Shown piece by piece: positions 62,434 through 64,000 of a DNA stretch of 64,000 bases. This DNA comes from Felis catus. Taxonomy: Eukaryota. The notes under the pieces are model-generated. The model worked only from the letters and a program-made list of their open reading frames with translations. It searched no databases and was not told the origin of the DNA. The stretch lies in assembly GCF_018350175.1 (NCBI RefSeq), contig NC_058373.1:112408001-112472000 (forward strand), read 5' to 3'. Numbering within the stretch: position 1 is the first letter of the stretch; each line of letters starts with the position of its first letter. A program made the position numbers and the translations under genes.

Positions 62434-63346
62434 TATAATTTTTTCTTTTTGTTATTGGTTACATTTTGTAATTTCTGTAATATACCAAATACTATTTATT
62501 ATAAGATCATAGAAATTAATGTAAATGTTATTTAGTGTTAAGTGCCAGTCACTTTAACTCAACTTCAAATTGAGATGGATAGAGTGAAAACTTTAGATAT
62601 ATACTTAGTCTACCTTGGGTTTTAAATGTCTTTAAGGGCAAAACCTGTTGTGTACCATATTTCCGATGTGACTTTGTACTTAAGTACTGTGAAATTATGA
62701 GAAATTTTACTTTATCTTTTGAGTTCTGTCCCCTTTTCACCCCCTCCCCACATCCCACCTCCCACCTTGCTTGTGGTTGAGAGTAAATTATTCTTAGGGG
62801 AGATCTGAAGTTCTACACTGAAAGTGGTAGGCTCCACCTACAGTCAAATGACTTTGACTCCTAATCACCACAGTACTATAGAAAACATTATTTGCCCTCT
62901 GACCCATTTTTTTCCTCCTCATTCCAAGTCGTCTTGTGCACTCCTGGCCCTCAGCAAATCTCCAGCAGAAAACTATGTTTTAGAGTTCCAATGGATTTCA
63001 GTCTGTCATGCCAGCCTGTGAACCATCAAGAACTATGCTGGTTTCTCTTTTCCCTAGTAGTGTTCCTCTTTCTGACTCTTAGGTTATAAGTGGCAAATCC
63101 TCCTAGAAATGAAAATAATTAGGAAGCTTGACTCACCTAAGAAGTGATACCACTTTTCTCCTCATTTATCCTTATTAGCTCACATTGTTGTCTAATATCT
63201 TTAAAAATATAACTTGGAGGGACAACTTACCTTTTTTTCCCCTAGTTGTTGTGGAATCAGTGATTTGCCACTATATGCTGGTAATTTAGTCTTATAAAAG
63301 TAAGAACAAAATTTAGACCTATGTGTTTAGTCTTTTCTGTGTTGTA

Positions 63347-63776
63347 TTTTTTTTTATTATTTTAATTTTTAAATTTTATTTAAACTCCAGTTAGTTAAAA
63401 TACAGTGTAATAATGATTTCTGGAATAGAATTTAGTGATTCATCACTTACATAGAACACCCAGTGCTCATCTCAACAAGTGCCCTCTTTATTGCCCATCA
63501 TCCATTTAGCCCATCCCCCCACCTAACACCCCACCAGCAACCCTCAGTTTGTTCTCTGTATTTAAGAGTTTCTTATGATTTGCCTACCTCTCTGTTTTTC
63601 TTATTTTTCCTTCCCTTCTGTGTTCATCTGTTTTGTTTCTTATATTCCACATATGAGTGAACTCATATGATATTTATCTTTCTCTGACTTATTCCACTCA
63701 ATATATACTCTAGTTCCAATCCATGTTATTGCAAATGGCAAGATTTCATTTTATTTGATTGCTGAGTAGTATTTCA

Positions 63777-63824
<48 letters not shown>

Positions 63825-64000
63825 CACCCACATATATACAAAACATCTTTATCCATTTGTTAGTTGATGGACATTTGGGTTCTTTCCATAATTTGGCTAT
63901 TGTTGATAGCGCTTCTATAAACGTTGAGGTGCATGTGCCCCTTGAATCAGCACTTTTGTATTCTTTGGATAAATACCTAGTAGTGTAATTGCTGGGTCAT
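63347..64000 (-). mobile_element. Carnivore L1 3' end, continues past the window; contains (TG)n at 63779-63820
   Basis: Same 3'UTR type as at 14056 (GAATAGAATTTAGTGATTCATCACTTAC). Confidence 0.93.

Noticed and set aside
1..64000. CRISPR array, operon or prokaryote-type system
   Set aside because: Mammalian repeat landscape; recurring sequences are dispersed SINE/L1 copies, not repeat-spacer arrays.

Overview
AT-rich mammalian non-coding DNA, most likely from a felid: it carries 25 tRNA-derived Can-SINEs, several of the young SINEC_Fc type. The window is almost entirely layered transposable elements. It holds two full-length but disrupted carnivore LINE-1s on the minus strand (14056-20916, 49281-55915), a third near-full L1 (32650-39985) with a twin-primed L1 nested inside, many older L1 fragments, MIRs, Tigger/hAT DNA-transposon relics, an MLT1 LTR and an ERVK-like solo LTR. 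There is also a heavily decayed ERVL-class pol fossil (protease, RNase H and integrase motifs, no room for RT). No intact protein-coding gene or RNA gene is supported; nearly all track ORFs are L1/SINE/microsatellite pieces. The minus-strand bias of L1s and SINEs suggests a large intron of a plus-strand gene (inference). I found no convincing new biological system. The best leads are the RT-less ERVL fossil, a fold-back palindromic microsatellite, several rearranged L1 junctions and weak exon candidates. Family names are from recognition by eye, and old-repeat boundaries are approximate.
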